Assembly: GCA_035934555.1 (NCBI GenBank) | Contig: DASYXT010000039.1 | Coordinates: 50,643 to 114,642, forward strand | From: Verrucomicrobiia bacterium | Lineage (GTDB): Bacteria > Verrucomicrobiota > Verrucomicrobiia > Limisphaerales > UBA8199 | Length of the DNA stretch: 64,000 bases | Reading direction: 5' to 3' | Shown here: positions 30,067-39,722 of the stretch, one piece after another | How positions within the stretch are numbered: position 1 is the stretch's first letter | Layout of the letters: each line of letters opens with the position of its first letter | Made by a program: the position numbers and the translations under genes | The notes under the pieces: model-generated | The model's input: only the letters and a program-made list of their open reading frames with translations | The model's database searches: none | Told to the model about the DNA's origin: nothing

Positions 30067-31011
30067 CTATTGTTGGCGTAACGCTTCGAGGGCATCCACG
30101 AAATCGGCGGGTTCTGGCGCCTCAAACTGCACCTTCCGCCCGGTGCGCGGATGAATGAACCCCAAGCGGAAGGCGTGCAACATCTGCCGAGCGGCGTGGT
30201 AGCCGGTCAGTTCGGTCAGGCGCATGTTCTGGCGATGGCCGTAGGTTTCGTCGCCCACTAGAGGGTATCCGAGGAATTTGAAATGCACGCGCACCTGGTG
30301 GGTGCGCCCGGTATGCAGCCGCGCTTCGGCGAGCGTCGCTTCGCGCAGCCGCTCCAGCAAGCGGTAGCTGGTGTGGGCTTCACGCCCGGCTTCCTCATCG
30401 ACTACCATGCACTTGCGGTGTGAGGTGTGCCGCGCAATCGCCGCGCGGATTTCGCCCGATTCCCGCGCCATCTCACCGCACACGATGGCGTGATAAATTT
30501 TTTCCACCTTGCGGCTGGCGAACTGGGCTGAGAGCGCCAGGTGGGTTTCGTCGCACTTGGCCACGACCATGCAACCGCTGGTATCCTTGTCGAGCCGATG
30601 AACGATACCGGGCCGGGCGATACCGCCGATGCCGCTCAGTTGGCCGCGGCAGTGATGCAGCAACGCATTGACCAGCGTGTTGATTTCGTGTCCGGACGCG
30701 GGATGCACCACCAAGCCCGGAGTTTTGTTCAGCACCAGCAGCGCATCGTCTTCGTAGAGCACCTCAAGGGGCATGTCCACCGGTTCGGCCCCACTCGCTT
30801 TTGCCTCCGGCCAATGCACCTGAACGACCTCACCGGCGTGCGGGCTGTGCGTCGGCTTGACCTTCCGGCCGTTGACGAGAATGTGGCCCTCCTCGATCAG
30901 CCGCTGGATGGCGCCGCGCGATACAGCCGGGAATTTGCCGCGCAACCACGCATCGAGCCGTTCCGAGGGGAGCGTTCGTTCGATGGTGAGCTGTTCCGCC
31001 CGCGAGGACAT
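30067..31011 (-). CDS. rluD: RluA-family 23S rRNA pseudouridine synthase (RluD-like)
   Basis: N-terminal S4 domain (RLDAWLRGKF...GAIQRLIEEGHILVNG) and the catalytic motif HRLDKDTSGCMVVAK. Confidence 0.85.
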   Translation of the reverse strand: MSSRAEQLTIERTLPSERLDAWLRGKFPAVSRGAIQRLIEEGHILVNGRKVKPTHSPHAGEVVQVHWPEAKASGAEPVDMPLEVLYEDDALLVLNKTPGLVVHPASGHEINTLVNALLHHCRGQLSGIGGIARPGIVHRLDKDTSGCMVVAKCDETHLALSAQFASRKVEKIYHAIVCGEMARESGEIRAAIARHTSHRKCMVVDEEAGREAHTSYRLLERLREATLAEARLHTGRTHQVRVHFKFLGYPLVGDETYGHRQNMRLTELTGYHAARQMLHAFRLGFIHPRTGRKVQFEAPEPADFVDALEALRQQ

Positions 31012-31022
31012 CGAACAAGGCC

Positions 31023-31556
31023 TTACTTGGCGCCGGCCGATTCCGGCGTGCGCTCGGGGCGCTCGCTTTTCCAGGAAAGCAGGAAAATGAGCGCGACTCC
31101 GGTGCAGATGGCACTATCGGCCACATTGAACGCGGGAAAACCCAGTTCTCCGCCGCCGCGTTGCTGAATATAGAAGTAGAGGAAATCGATGACCTGCTCC
31201 CGGAACAGGCGGTCAATCAGATTGCCGACGATCCCGCCGAAGATCAGGCCGAAGGCCACTTGGCCCATCCACGTGCGAGAATCGAAATGGTGCCGGCTGA
31301 AGAACAGCACCACCAAAGCCACCAGTGCGACCAGCGCCAAAATCCGGTTGTTGCCGCGGAACATGCTCCACGCCGCGCCGGTATTCCCCCAGTTCACGAG
31401 CCGGAAAAAGCCGTCGATGAGCACTCTTTCGCCATGGGCGTAATCGAGGAATTTCAGCACCAACGCCTTGGTTAATTGGTCGAGGCCGATAATCGTGAGG
31501 GCGATGAGCCCAATCCGGCGATTAGGCGTGCGCACCATCCAGCTCAATAAACTCAT
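31023..31556 (-). CDS. lspA: Lipoprotein signal peptidase II
   Basis: Four TM helices, GLDQLTK and FNVADSAICTG motifs. Start trimmed to MSLLSWM. Confidence 0.85.
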   Translation of the reverse strand: MSLLSWMVRTPNRRIGLIALTIIGLDQLTKALVLKFLDYAHGERVLIDGFFRLVNWGNTGAAWSMFRGNNRILALVALVALVVLFFSRHHFDSRTWMGQVAFGLIFGGIVGNLIDRLFREQVIDFLYFYIQQRGGGELGFPAFNVADSAICTGVALIFLLSWKSERPERTPESAGAK

Positions 31557-31812
31557 GGTTGACCGCGGGCAGGAACAATATTGTGTCCTCTCCGAAAAAC
31601 AACCCATTTTGGCTTAGAACTGGCAGTTTGGCAAAGGGCAATGTGAACCATTGAACTGCGGCCAGCGCCAAATTATGAAACATGAAAGGCCGGCACCATA
31701 CCAATGTGACCAGGTTGATGAATGGGGATCGTGAAAGATCAGGGGCCGCCCTATTGGCTTGAACCTCACTCACTTTGTGCCTAAACTGCCTCGCGAACTG
31801 TGAGCAATTTAA

Positions 31813-33192
31813 ATGCAAACGGTTGATAAACCTCAACGAACTGTCCCTGCCAGAGCTCATCCCGCCGTCAAAAAGGCTATCGCGCCGAAGGACGTCCTTG
31901 CCACACTCCAGCGCCACGTCCTGGTGGACGGCTTCAAGCTGGTGTTCGACCCGCGCAAAAGCCACGGCTCGTTCTTTGTCGATGCCGCCACCGGCCGCGA
32001 GTTTCTCGACCTCTACAGCTTTTACGCCTCCCAGCCGATCGGCTTCAACCATCCTTATTTCGACCAGGCCGACGTGCAGGAAGATTTGCTGACGGCGGCC
32101 AAAGTGAAGCTCGCCAACCCGGATATTTATTCGGTGCAGGTGGCGACGTTTGTCGAGACATTCGCGCGGGTGATGGGCTTGGCGCCGCTGGAACGCTATT
32201 TCTTCATCGACGGTGGCGCGCTGGCGGTCGAAAACGCCCTCAAGGCCGCCATGGACTGGAAGGTGCGCAAGAATCTTGCTGCCGGACGCGGTGAACGCGG
32301 GACGGAAATCGTTCATTTCGAGCGCGCGTTCCACGGTCGCAGCGGGTACACGCTGAGCCTCACCAATACCGACCCGCGCAAGATCACCTATTTCCCCAAA
32401 TTTCCCTGGCCCCGCCTGCCGGCGCCGACGCTTGATTTCTCACTCGAACCGGTCAGGCGCATCGCCGCAGTTGCCGCGCACGAGGCCGAGGTCCTTCGCC
32501 AACTGCTGCGGCTGATCGAACAGCGCGGCCACGATCTTGCCGCTGTCATCCTCGAACCTATCCAGGGGGAGGGCGGCGACAATCATTTCCGCGGCGAATT
32601 CCTTCAACAACTGCGCCGAGTGTGCGACGAGCACGAAATACTGCTCATTTTTGATGAAGTGCAGACCGGCATGGGCCTGACCGGACGCAACTGGTGCTGC
32701 GAGCATTTCGGCGTCCTGCCCGACCTTCTAGCCTTCGGCAAAAAGGCCCAGGTCTGCGGCGTCATGGCCGGCCCGCGCCTTGATGAGGTGAAGGATAATT
32801 GTTTCCGCCTGCCCAGCCGTATCAGCTCGACCTGGGGCGGCAACTTCACCGATTACGTCCGCTCGACCCATTACCTGCGGATTATCGAGCAGGAGAAACT
32901 CGTCGAGCACGCCCGCACTCAAGGCGACTACTTCCTGGCGCGGCTGGGCGAGCTGGCCGGGCGGCACGAGCTTGTGTCGGCCGTGCGTGGACGCGGCTTG
33001 ATGCTGGCGTTTGATCTGCCCGATGGCCGTTTGCGTGACGCGTTCTGGAAGGGGGCTTTTGAACTGGGGCTGCTGGTCATCCGTTCGGGCGAGCGCTCGA
33101 TCCGTCTCCGGCCCATGCTCGACGTGCCGACTGAGGTCATTGATGCCTCGCTGCGGACAATGGAGGAACAATGCCGGCGTCTGGAAAGTTAA
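31813..33192 (+). CDS. lat: L-lysine 6-transaminase (class III aminotransferase)
   Basis: N-terminal LVDGFKLVFDPRKSHGSFFVDAATGREFLDLYSFYASQPIGFNHP matches the LAT family as remembered. FDEVQTGMGLTG and the PLP-lysine region FGKKAQVCG are present. Confidence 0.8.
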   Translation: MQTVDKPQRTVPARAHPAVKKAIAPKDVLATLQRHVLVDGFKLVFDPRKSHGSFFVDAATGREFLDLYSFYASQPIGFNHPYFDQADVQEDLLTAAKVKLANPDIYSVQVATFVETFARVMGLAPLERYFFIDGGALAVENALKAAMDWKVRKNLAAGRGERGTEIVHFERAFHGRSGYTLSLTNTDPRKITYFPKFPWPRLPAPTLDFSLEPVRRIAAVAAHEAEVLRQLLRLIEQRGHDLAAVILEPIQGEGGDNHFRGEFLQQLRRVCDEHEILLIFDEVQTGMGLTGRNWCCEHFGVLPDLLAFGKKAQVCGVMAGPRLDEVKDNCFRLPSRISSTWGGNFTDYVRSTHYLRIIEQEKLVEHARTQGDYFLARLGELAGRHELVSAVRGRGLMLAFDLPDGRLRDAFWKGAFELGLLVIRSGERSIRLRPMLDVPTEVIDASLRTMEEQCRRLES

Positions 33193-34772
33193 ATGGCCGT
33201 GCCGCCGCGCGCCGCCCAAACCGGCGCGCGACAACCCAAACCGCGCCTGCCGCCCAGCAGGTGCTGAGAAAGCTCGGGCTCCATACGGAGAACCCAGGAG
33301 TCTTCTGCGGGGAATGGCTGGGCAGCGGCAAGGTTCTCAAGAGCGTATCGCCCATCAACGGCCGCGTGCTGGCCAACGTGCGCACCGCTACCCCCGAGCA
33401 GTATGAACGCGCCGTCCAGCGCGCCCGCGCAGCGTTCGAGCAATGGCAAACGGTACCCGCGCCCAAACGCGGCGAGCTGATTCGCCAATTCGGCACTGCG
33501 CTGCGGGCGGCGCGCAAGGACCTCGGCCGGCTGGTCTCGCTCGAAGCCGGCAAGATTATCGCCGAAGGCGAAGGCGAAGTGCAGGAGATGATCGATATTT
33601 GCGACTTTGCCGTGGGGTTGTCACGGCAGTTATACGGGCTGACCATCGCTTCCGAGCGGCCTCAACACCGCATGTTCGAGCAGTGGCATCCGCTCGGCGT
33701 TGTGGGCATCATTTCCGCGTTTAATTTTCCGGTCGCGGTTTGGTCCTGGAACAGCGCGCTGGCGCTCGTCTGCGGAAACGCGACGCTTTGGAAGCCCTCG
33801 AGCCAAACGCCGCTCACTGCGCTGGCTACCATCAAAATTGCCGAACGGGTCTGCCGCGCCAACAACGTCGAGCCCGCCCTGTTTAGCCTTGTCATTGGCG
33901 ACGGCGCGACCGTCGGAGAGCGTTTGGTCAATGACCCGCGCATCCCGTTGCTTTCGGCAACGGGCTCGACACCGATGGGGCGCAAAGCCGGCGAGGCCGT
34001 GGCGCGGCGTTTGGGGCGGTCGCTACTCGAATTGGGGGGCAATAACGCGATCATCGTCGCGGCCAGCGCGGATCTTGATTTGGCGACGCGTGCAATTCTC
34101 TTTGGCGCGGTAGGCACCGCCGGCCAGCGTTGCACCACCACCCGCCGCATTTTTGTGCACGACTCGGTTCATGCCGAGTTAACCCAGCGGCTGGTCGAGG
34201 CCTACAAACAAGTGCGCATCGGCAACCCGCTCCAGAGCGGTGTGCTGATGGGGCCGCTTATCAACGTCGACGCTGTCAGAGCGATGCAGACGGCCTTGGG
34301 CCGCGTGCGCGAGGAAGGCGGGCAAATTCTTTACGGCGGCGAACCGCTGGATGGTCCGGATTACCCGGGCGGCTGTTATGTGCGGCCTTGCATAGTCTCA
34401 GCGCGGCATGGTTTAAAGATCGTCCACGAGGAGACCTTCGCGCCGATTCTTTACGTGATGAAATACCGCTCGCTCGACGAAGCCATCGCCTGGCACAACG
34501 AAGTCCCGCAGGGCCTCAGCTCGGCGATCTTCACCAACGACCTCCGCGAAGCCGAGTTGTTCCTCTCAGCACGCGGCAGCGATTGCGGGATTGCCAACGT
34601 CAATATCGGCACCAGCGGCGCGGAGATTGGCGGTGCGTTTGGCGGCGAGAAAGAAACCGGCGGCGGCCGTGAAAGCGGTAGCGATTCCTGGAAGGCCTAC
34701 ATGCGCCGGCAAACCGTCACGATCAATTACTCGAAGGACCTCCCGCTAGCGCAGGGGATCGTCTTCGGGTAA
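33171..34772 (+). CDS. pcd: ALDH7-family piperideine-6-carboxylate / alpha-aminoadipic semialdehyde dehydrogenase
   Basis: Near-collinear with the remembered ALDH7A1 sequence (PAPKRGELIRQ, VSLExGKI, EVQEMIDICDFAVGLSR, ELGGNNAII, GTAGQRCTT, GGEKETGGGRESGSDSWKAYMRRQTVTINYSKDLPLAQGI). The ATG at 33171 overlaps the lat 3' end by 22 nt, so the true start is uncertain. Confidence 0.88.
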   Translation: MPASGKLNGRAAARRPNRRATTQTAPAAQQVLRKLGLHTENPGVFCGEWLGSGKVLKSVSPINGRVLANVRTATPEQYERAVQRARAAFEQWQTVPAPKRGELIRQFGTALRAARKDLGRLVSLEAGKIIAEGEGEVQEMIDICDFAVGLSRQLYGLTIASERPQHRMFEQWHPLGVVGIISAFNFPVAVWSWNSALALVCGNATLWKPSSQTPLTALATIKIAERVCRANNVEPALFSLVIGDGATVGERLVNDPRIPLLSATGSTPMGRKAGEAVARRLGRSLLELGGNNAIIVAASADLDLATRAILFGAVGTAGQRCTTTRRIFVHDSVHAELTQRLVEAYKQVRIGNPLQSGVLMGPLINVDAVRAMQTALGRVREEGGQILYGGEPLDGPDYPGGCYVRPCIVSARHGLKIVHEETFAPILYVMKYRSLDEAIAWHNEVPQGLSSAIFTNDLREAELFLSARGSDCGIANVNIGTSGAEIGGAFGGEKETGGGRESGSDSWKAYMRRQTVTINYSKDLPLAQGIVFG

Positions 34773-34790
34773 GGGTCACTGACGCCGGGC

Positions 34791-34876
34791 GGAGCGCGGA
34801 CTTTGTCCGCAGCAACACTCGAAAATCCGGCCCCATCGGACCTGGCTGCGGACTAAAGCTAAAGTCCGCGTTCCTC
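34791..34876. repeat. REP/MITE-like nested-palindrome element, copy B
   Basis: ggagcgcggactttgtccgcagcaac ... ggctgcggactaaagctaaagtccgcgttcc. Confidence 0.75.
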
Positions 34877-34950
34877 CCGTAGCGTGCCCCCACCCAAAGT
34901 GGGACAAAACCCCTTTGCGGGTTCGGCGCGGTTCGGAGAGGTTTTGCTGC

Positions 34951-35163
34951 ATGGAGGTTCTACTTCGTCACCGGACGACCAGGTTGTTCTTCGCCGGCAA
35001 CAGGCGGTGGGTATCGCAACCAGCGGAGGCGCTGCGCTTCGACAGCATTCCGGCTGCGCTCGAACGGCTCCAGCAGGAGCAGTTGGGCAGAATGGAGTTG
35101 GTGATTGGGGGGAATACTATCCTGCCGGTGGCCGACGTAGCGACCGCGGACGAGCCAAAGTGA
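34951..35163 (+). CDS. Small hypothetical protein (70 aa)
   Basis: ATG preceded by GGAGAGG at about 9 nt. The composition is ordinary and no homology is recognised. Confidence 0.3.
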   Translation: MEVLLRHRTTRLFFAGNRRWVSQPAEALRFDSIPAALERLQQEQLGRMELVIGGNTILPVADVATADEPK

Positions 35164-35169
35164 GCGGCG

Positions 35170-36066
35170 TCAGTGCGTCGGCAGGAAGCGGTTGAGGATC
35201 TCACTGCGCGGCACCGCCTGGCTTTTGAGGGCATGCTGGCGCTCGAGGACACCATCGCCGTAGGTCGGCGGCGGATTGGGATTCCGATACAGCACGCCGG
35301 TGTAGAGCTTTGTGCCGTACTCGCGCGCCAACTCGGTCGCACGCGCGCGATCGGCGGTGTCGTGCCCGAGCGCTTCAAGGCTCTGCATCCGCCCTTTTTG
35401 CGCCTTGAGCTGTTGGTCTTCCAATCCGTAAGTGACGCAGGGGGATTGGACGTTGATGAACGCGAACCCCGGGAAACGAATTCCTTCCTCGATGATTTTC
35501 GCCAGGCCCGCCATATCCGCCGGCGTGCCCTGCGCCACAAATGACGCGCCATAGCCCATCACGTAGAGCAGCGGGTTGACTGGGTCCTCGAGGCTGCCGA
35601 AGCTCGAGGTCACCGTCTTGCGGCCGCGTTGCGACGTCGGGGACAACTGGCCCTTGGTAAGGCCGTAAATCTGGTTGTCCATGACGATATAGGTCAGGTC
35701 GATGTTACGGCGGATAACGTGCGCGACGTGGCCACCCCCAATGGAGAAGCCGTCGCCGTCACCGCTGGCCACCAGCACCAGCAGGTCCGGATTGGCCAGT
35801 TTAATCCCTTGCGCGATGGGCAGCGAGCGTCCGTGCACAGTGTTAAATCCGTAGGCTGTCGTGTAGCCGGGAATGCGGCTGGAACAGCCGATGCCCGAGA
35901 CAAACGCAATTTCGTGCGGCGGGCGGCCGAGGTTCGCCAGCGCGCGGGTGATGGCGGTGACGACGCCGAAGTCGCCACAGCCCGGGCACCAGATGGGTTT
36001 GAGGTCGCTCTTGAAATCACCCGGCTGGAAGCGGGGCGTCGGAACAGTTTGCAAAGTTGCTGGCAT
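35170..36066 (-). CDS. korB: 2-oxoacid:ferredoxin oxidoreductase beta subunit (TPP-binding)
   Basis: CPGCGDF and GDGDGFSIGGGH TPP motifs, located downstream of korA. Confidence 0.88.
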   Translation of the reverse strand: MPATLQTVPTPRFQPGDFKSDLKPIWCPGCGDFGVVTAITRALANLGRPPHEIAFVSGIGCSSRIPGYTTAYGFNTVHGRSLPIAQGIKLANPDLLVLVASGDGDGFSIGGGHVAHVIRRNIDLTYIVMDNQIYGLTKGQLSPTSQRGRKTVTSSFGSLEDPVNPLLYVMGYGASFVAQGTPADMAGLAKIIEEGIRFPGFAFINVQSPCVTYGLEDQQLKAQKGRMQSLEALGHDTADRARATELAREYGTKLYTGVLYRNPNPPPTYGDGVLERQHALKSQAVPRSEILNRFLPTH

Positions 36067-36091
36067 GGTAAAGCGCTGGGTCGAGGGTTAA

Positions 36092-37888
36092 TTAGCTTTC
36101 CACCGGTTCGGTTTGGGAGTGGGTGCCATTGCCCTGGAGGGCGATGACCATTTCGCGCAGCCGTTCGAGGACCTCCCCGGGCTGGATGGGATTGGAGCCG
36201 CTCTTGGCCAGTGGTTTGACCAGCGGTGGACAATCCACATACATCCGGACCAGCCGATAAAGCTGGCCCTGGAAAGACTGTTCGACGAACAGGCCGCGGC
36301 GGACCGACGCGAAGAAATCCTGATAGACCTGCTCGACGACCGGATAAAGCAGTTTTGGGATGAGCAGCTTGGCGTGCCATCCTTCGGCGCGGGCCAGGCG
36401 CAACGCCTCGCGGGCGACGCCGGCCACGCTGCCCCAGCTCACCAGGCCGATGGGAGCATCGGGGTCGCCTTCGATAGTGAACAGGTCGCGGCGGTTCTTG
36501 AGCGAGTTGAATTTTCTGAATCGCTTTTCGTTCATGCGCGCGTGCATTTCGCCGCTGGCCGTCGGGCGGCCCGTCTCGTTGTGCTCGATGCCGGAGGCCA
36601 GGTAGTTGCCGCCCGGCATTCCCGGATGACTCAGCGGGCTGATGCCGGATTCGGTCAGGCGAAAGCGGGCGTAATTGGCCAGCTCATTATCCGTCGGCCG
36701 GCGCCGCTCGATGATTTGGACTTTGGAGGTGTCGATCGGTTCGACGGTTTCTTTGCGCTGCGCGATTTCCTGGTCGGAAAGCACAATCACCGGACTTTGG
36801 TAGTGTTCGGCGAGGTTGAAAGCTTCGACGGTGACAGGGAAAACATCCGCCACGCTGGTGGGTGCCAGCACCGGGCGCAGACAATCGCCGTGAGCGGAGA
36901 AGGCGGCCTGGAACAAATCGGACTGCTCGGCTTTGGTGGGGATGCCGGTGGAGGGTCCGCCGCGCTGAACGTTGATGCAGACCAAGGGCAGCTCGGCAAT
37001 GCTGGCCAGGCCGAGCATCTCGGTTTTCAACGACATCCCAGGCCCGGAGGTGGCCGTCATCGCCTTCTTGCCGGCGAATGAGGCCCCGACCACTGCGCCA
37101 ATGCCCGCAATCTCGTCCTCGGCCTGCATGACGGTGCCACCATACTTCCAAAGTTCCCGATCGAGAAACTGCATGATCTCTGTCGAAGGGGTAATGGGAT
37201 AACCGCTGAAAAAGGTGCAGCCGGCGAACAGCGCCGCGGCGGCGCACATATCGTTGCCGTCGGTGAGCAGCTTGGCCGCGCGCCGGCCCTCGGGGGTCTC
37301 GAGTTTGCGATCCTGCTTGAGCGGGTTGGCTTCGGCAAATTCCAGCCCAGCCTGGAACGCACGCACATTGCCTTCTACCACCGGCGCGCCTTTCTTGGCA
37401 AATTTCTTGCGAATCCCGGCCAGCATACTCTCGCGGCCGATGCCGAACCAGCCGGCCAGCAACCCGGCGATCACAATGTTTTTGGCTTTATCGGTGCCGG
37501 CGTTTTTCTGGGCCATCTCGGTGATGGGCACGCTGAAGACCATCGCCGGCGTGACACCTTCCAGCGGCAGCTTATCCGGCGCAACGCCCGTCGCGCTCTC
37601 GTAAATCACAATCGTGCGCGACTCGACCGGCAATTCGGCGCCGAACCGGCGGAAATCCTCCCAATTGAGGGCAACGGCGACATCCAGCGGACCATTCGGA
37701 TTGAGGACCGGGTGGGTCGCCAACCGGAGCCGGCAGGACGCTTCGCCGCCGCGGATTTGCGAGCCGAAGCTTTTGGTCATGAGCCCGTGGAAACCCTCGA
37801 GGGCGGCGGCGGTGACCAGCGATTCACCGGCCGAAATAACCCCATCGCCGCCGGACCCGGCGATGCCAATAATCAAATCTTGACTCAT
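36092..37888 (-). CDS. korA: 2-oxoacid:ferredoxin oxidoreductase alpha subunit
   Basis: Fused gamma/alpha-type architecture of 598 aa, with a GSGGDGVISAG start and GGPSTGIPTK. Confidence 0.88.
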   Translation of the reverse strand: MSQDLIIGIAGSGGDGVISAGESLVTAAALEGFHGLMTKSFGSQIRGGEASCRLRLATHPVLNPNGPLDVAVALNWEDFRRFGAELPVESRTIVIYESATGVAPDKLPLEGVTPAMVFSVPITEMAQKNAGTDKAKNIVIAGLLAGWFGIGRESMLAGIRKKFAKKGAPVVEGNVRAFQAGLEFAEANPLKQDRKLETPEGRRAAKLLTDGNDMCAAAALFAGCTFFSGYPITPSTEIMQFLDRELWKYGGTVMQAEDEIAGIGAVVGASFAGKKAMTATSGPGMSLKTEMLGLASIAELPLVCINVQRGGPSTGIPTKAEQSDLFQAAFSAHGDCLRPVLAPTSVADVFPVTVEAFNLAEHYQSPVIVLSDQEIAQRKETVEPIDTSKVQIIERRRPTDNELANYARFRLTESGISPLSHPGMPGGNYLASGIEHNETGRPTASGEMHARMNEKRFRKFNSLKNRRDLFTIEGDPDAPIGLVSWGSVAGVAREALRLARAEGWHAKLLIPKLLYPVVEQVYQDFFASVRRGLFVEQSFQGQLYRLVRMYVDCPPLVKPLAKSGSNPIQPGEVLERLREMVIALQGNGTHSQTEPVES

Positions 37889-38106
37889 ACATTACTTATT
37901 CTCGTTTTCGGCGCCAATTCCGCTCTCCCTCTCTTGCCAAATCTTGAACATTTTTTACTCACTCAAATAATAAGTTCAACTGTTTGATGGGGAACCGAGC
38001 ATCAAGCCGGGTGGTTGGTGAGCGGCGGTCTGTCCCTCGAAGTTCACGAAATCGTGGCTTGTTTTCGGGGCGGTACTCGGTTAATCATGCTGTGGCAGGC
38101 AGTTGC

Positions 38107-38916
38107 ATGAATAAGACCCTCGTGGTGGTACCGACATACAACGAGCGGGAGAATCTTCCACCGCTCGCGCAACGGCTTATGGGCCTGCCGGTGCCGGTCG
38201 ATATGCTGGTCGTGGACGACAACTCCCCTGATGGCACGGGCAAGCTCGCCGACGAACTGGCCGCCAAAGAGGAACGCTTTCACGTTCTGCACCGCACCGA
38301 GAAAAATGGCCTGGGCCGCGCGTATATCGCCGGGTTTAAATGGGCGCTGGAACAAGGCTACGAATTCGTCTTCGAGCTGGATGGCGATCTATCGCATAAC
38401 CCCGACGATATCCCGATGTTTCTGGAGGCGGCCAAGGAAGCCGACCTCGTGCTGGGCTCGCGCTATCTCAACGGGATTCGCATCATCAACTGGCCGCTGA
38501 GCCGGTTGATGCTGAGCAAGAGCGCCGCCAAATACGTGCAGGTAGTCACCGGCATGCCGTTTACCGATCCCACCGGGGGATACAAGTGTTTTCGGCGCCG
38601 CGCGCTGCAGGCGCTGAACCTCGATGAGGTCCACTCCAACGGCTACAGTTTCCAGATCGAGATGACCCATAAACTCTGGCGCCAGGGCTTGAGGGTGGTC
38701 GAGGTGCCGATCATCTTCACCGACCGTTTTCAGGGGCACTCGAAGATGTCGGGTCACATCGTCAGCGAGGCGTTCTGGATGGTGTGGGGGTTGCTGCTGC
38801 AGAACAAAATGCGGCGACGCCCGGGGATGCTAACTCACAGAGATTCTCAAGCGCCGCCACCGCCGGGGCAGCCCTCGGGCAAACCGGCGGGCGTCGGCGC
38901 GAGCAAAACCGTTTGA
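38107..38916 (+). CDS. Polyprenol-phosphate mannose synthase (GT2, Dpm1-like)
   Basis: VVVPTYNERENL, VVDDNSPDGT and DGDLSHNP motifs. Start trimmed to MNKTLVVV. Confidence 0.85.
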   Translation: MNKTLVVVPTYNERENLPPLAQRLMGLPVPVDMLVVDDNSPDGTGKLADELAAKEERFHVLHRTEKNGLGRAYIAGFKWALEQGYEFVFELDGDLSHNPDDIPMFLEAAKEADLVLGSRYLNGIRIINWPLSRLMLSKSAAKYVQVVTGMPFTDPTGGYKCFRRRALQALNLDEVHSNGYSFQIEMTHKLWRQGLRVVEVPIIFTDRFQGHSKMSGHIVSEAFWMVWGLLLQNKMRRRPGMLTHRDSQAPPPPGQPSGKPAGVGASKTV

Positions 38917-38925
38917 CCGGCTTGG

Positions 38926-39049
38926 CGGAGGGCGGACTTCAGTCCGCAGCAATAATCGAATTGAAGCCGGTTTGGATATTGTCACAGCGCACTTGGGCGT
39001 CCGGACGTTGCTGCGGGCTAAAGTCAGTCTAAAGTCCGCGCTCCGCCCC
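38926..39049. repeat. REP/MITE-like nested-palindrome element, copy C (both arms)
   Basis: Left arm ggcggagggcggacttcagtccgcagcaat and right arm gttgctgcgggctaaagtcagtctaaagtccgcgctccgcc, around a core of about 55 bp. Confidence 0.8.
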
Positions 39050-39114
39050 GCAGTTGACAATCCTCTGCGCGCGGGGTACTTGCAGGAACAGATCAAACGC
39101 AGCTAATAACTCCT

Positions 39115-39651
39115 ATGCGCATCTTTTATCTTCTAGGATTGGGATTGCTCGCCGTAGCCACCGCGGTTTTCCAGGCCTTCGCGGGCGATGGCGGGATGCC
39201 CAAAGCGGGCGACCCGGCGCCGCGGGTCTCCGGCACCGACCAGGCGGGCAACGAGTGGCGCCTGGCCGATGTCGTCGGCAAGAAAGTCGTGCTGCTTTAT
39301 TTTTATCCTAAAGACGACACACCGGGTTGCACCAAAGAAGCCTGCGGGTTCAGGGACCGGATCGCGGAGCTAAAGAAGCAGAACGTGGAGGTTGTCGGCG
39401 TGAGTTTCGACGCGCCCGACAGCCATCAGAAATTCATCGCCAAGTACAACCTGAATTTCCCGCTGATTGCCGATACCGACGGCAAAATCGCCGACGCCTA
39501 TGGCGTGCGGATGTTGGGGCGCAAGATGGCGCGCCGGGTGAGCTTTCTGATTGGGCTCGACGGCAAGATCGTTCACGTGACCGACACGATGAACGCCGAG
39601 ACCCACCTGAGCGAAATGTCCCAGGCGGTCGAGGCCTTGAAAAAGGGCTAG
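39115..39651 (+). CDS. bcp: Secreted peroxiredoxin (Bcp-type thiol peroxidase)
   Basis: Signal peptide plus FYPKDDTPGCTKEACGFRD. Confidence 0.85.
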   Translation: MRIFYLLGLGLLAVATAVFQAFAGDGGMPKAGDPAPRVSGTDQAGNEWRLADVVGKKVVLLYFYPKDDTPGCTKEACGFRDRIAELKKQNVEVVGVSFDAPDSHQKFIAKYNLNFPLIADTDGKIADAYGVRMLGRKMARRVSFLIGLDGKIVHVTDTMNAETHLSEMSQAVEALKKG

Positions 39652-39667
39652 GTTGCGTTACGGCGTT

Positions 39668-39694
39668 GTTCGTCCTGGAGCAGTCAGGACGAAC
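39668..39694. terminator. Perfect 10-bp stem hairpin between convergent genes
   Basis: GTTCGTCCTG gagcagt CAGGACGAAC, 17 nt after the bcp stop and 29 nt before the stop of the minus-strand oxidoreductase. No U-tract on either side. Confidence 0.4.
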
Positions 39695-39722
39695 CGGGCA
39701 CGAGGGAACGGCCCCAGCCCAT

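Noticed and set aside
31557-31812. A possible lysine (L-box) riboswitch in the 255-bp leader of lat.
   Set aside because: I could not recognise the conserved L-box helices or core motifs by eye. A covariance-model scan (Rfam RF00168) would be needed, so I make no call.
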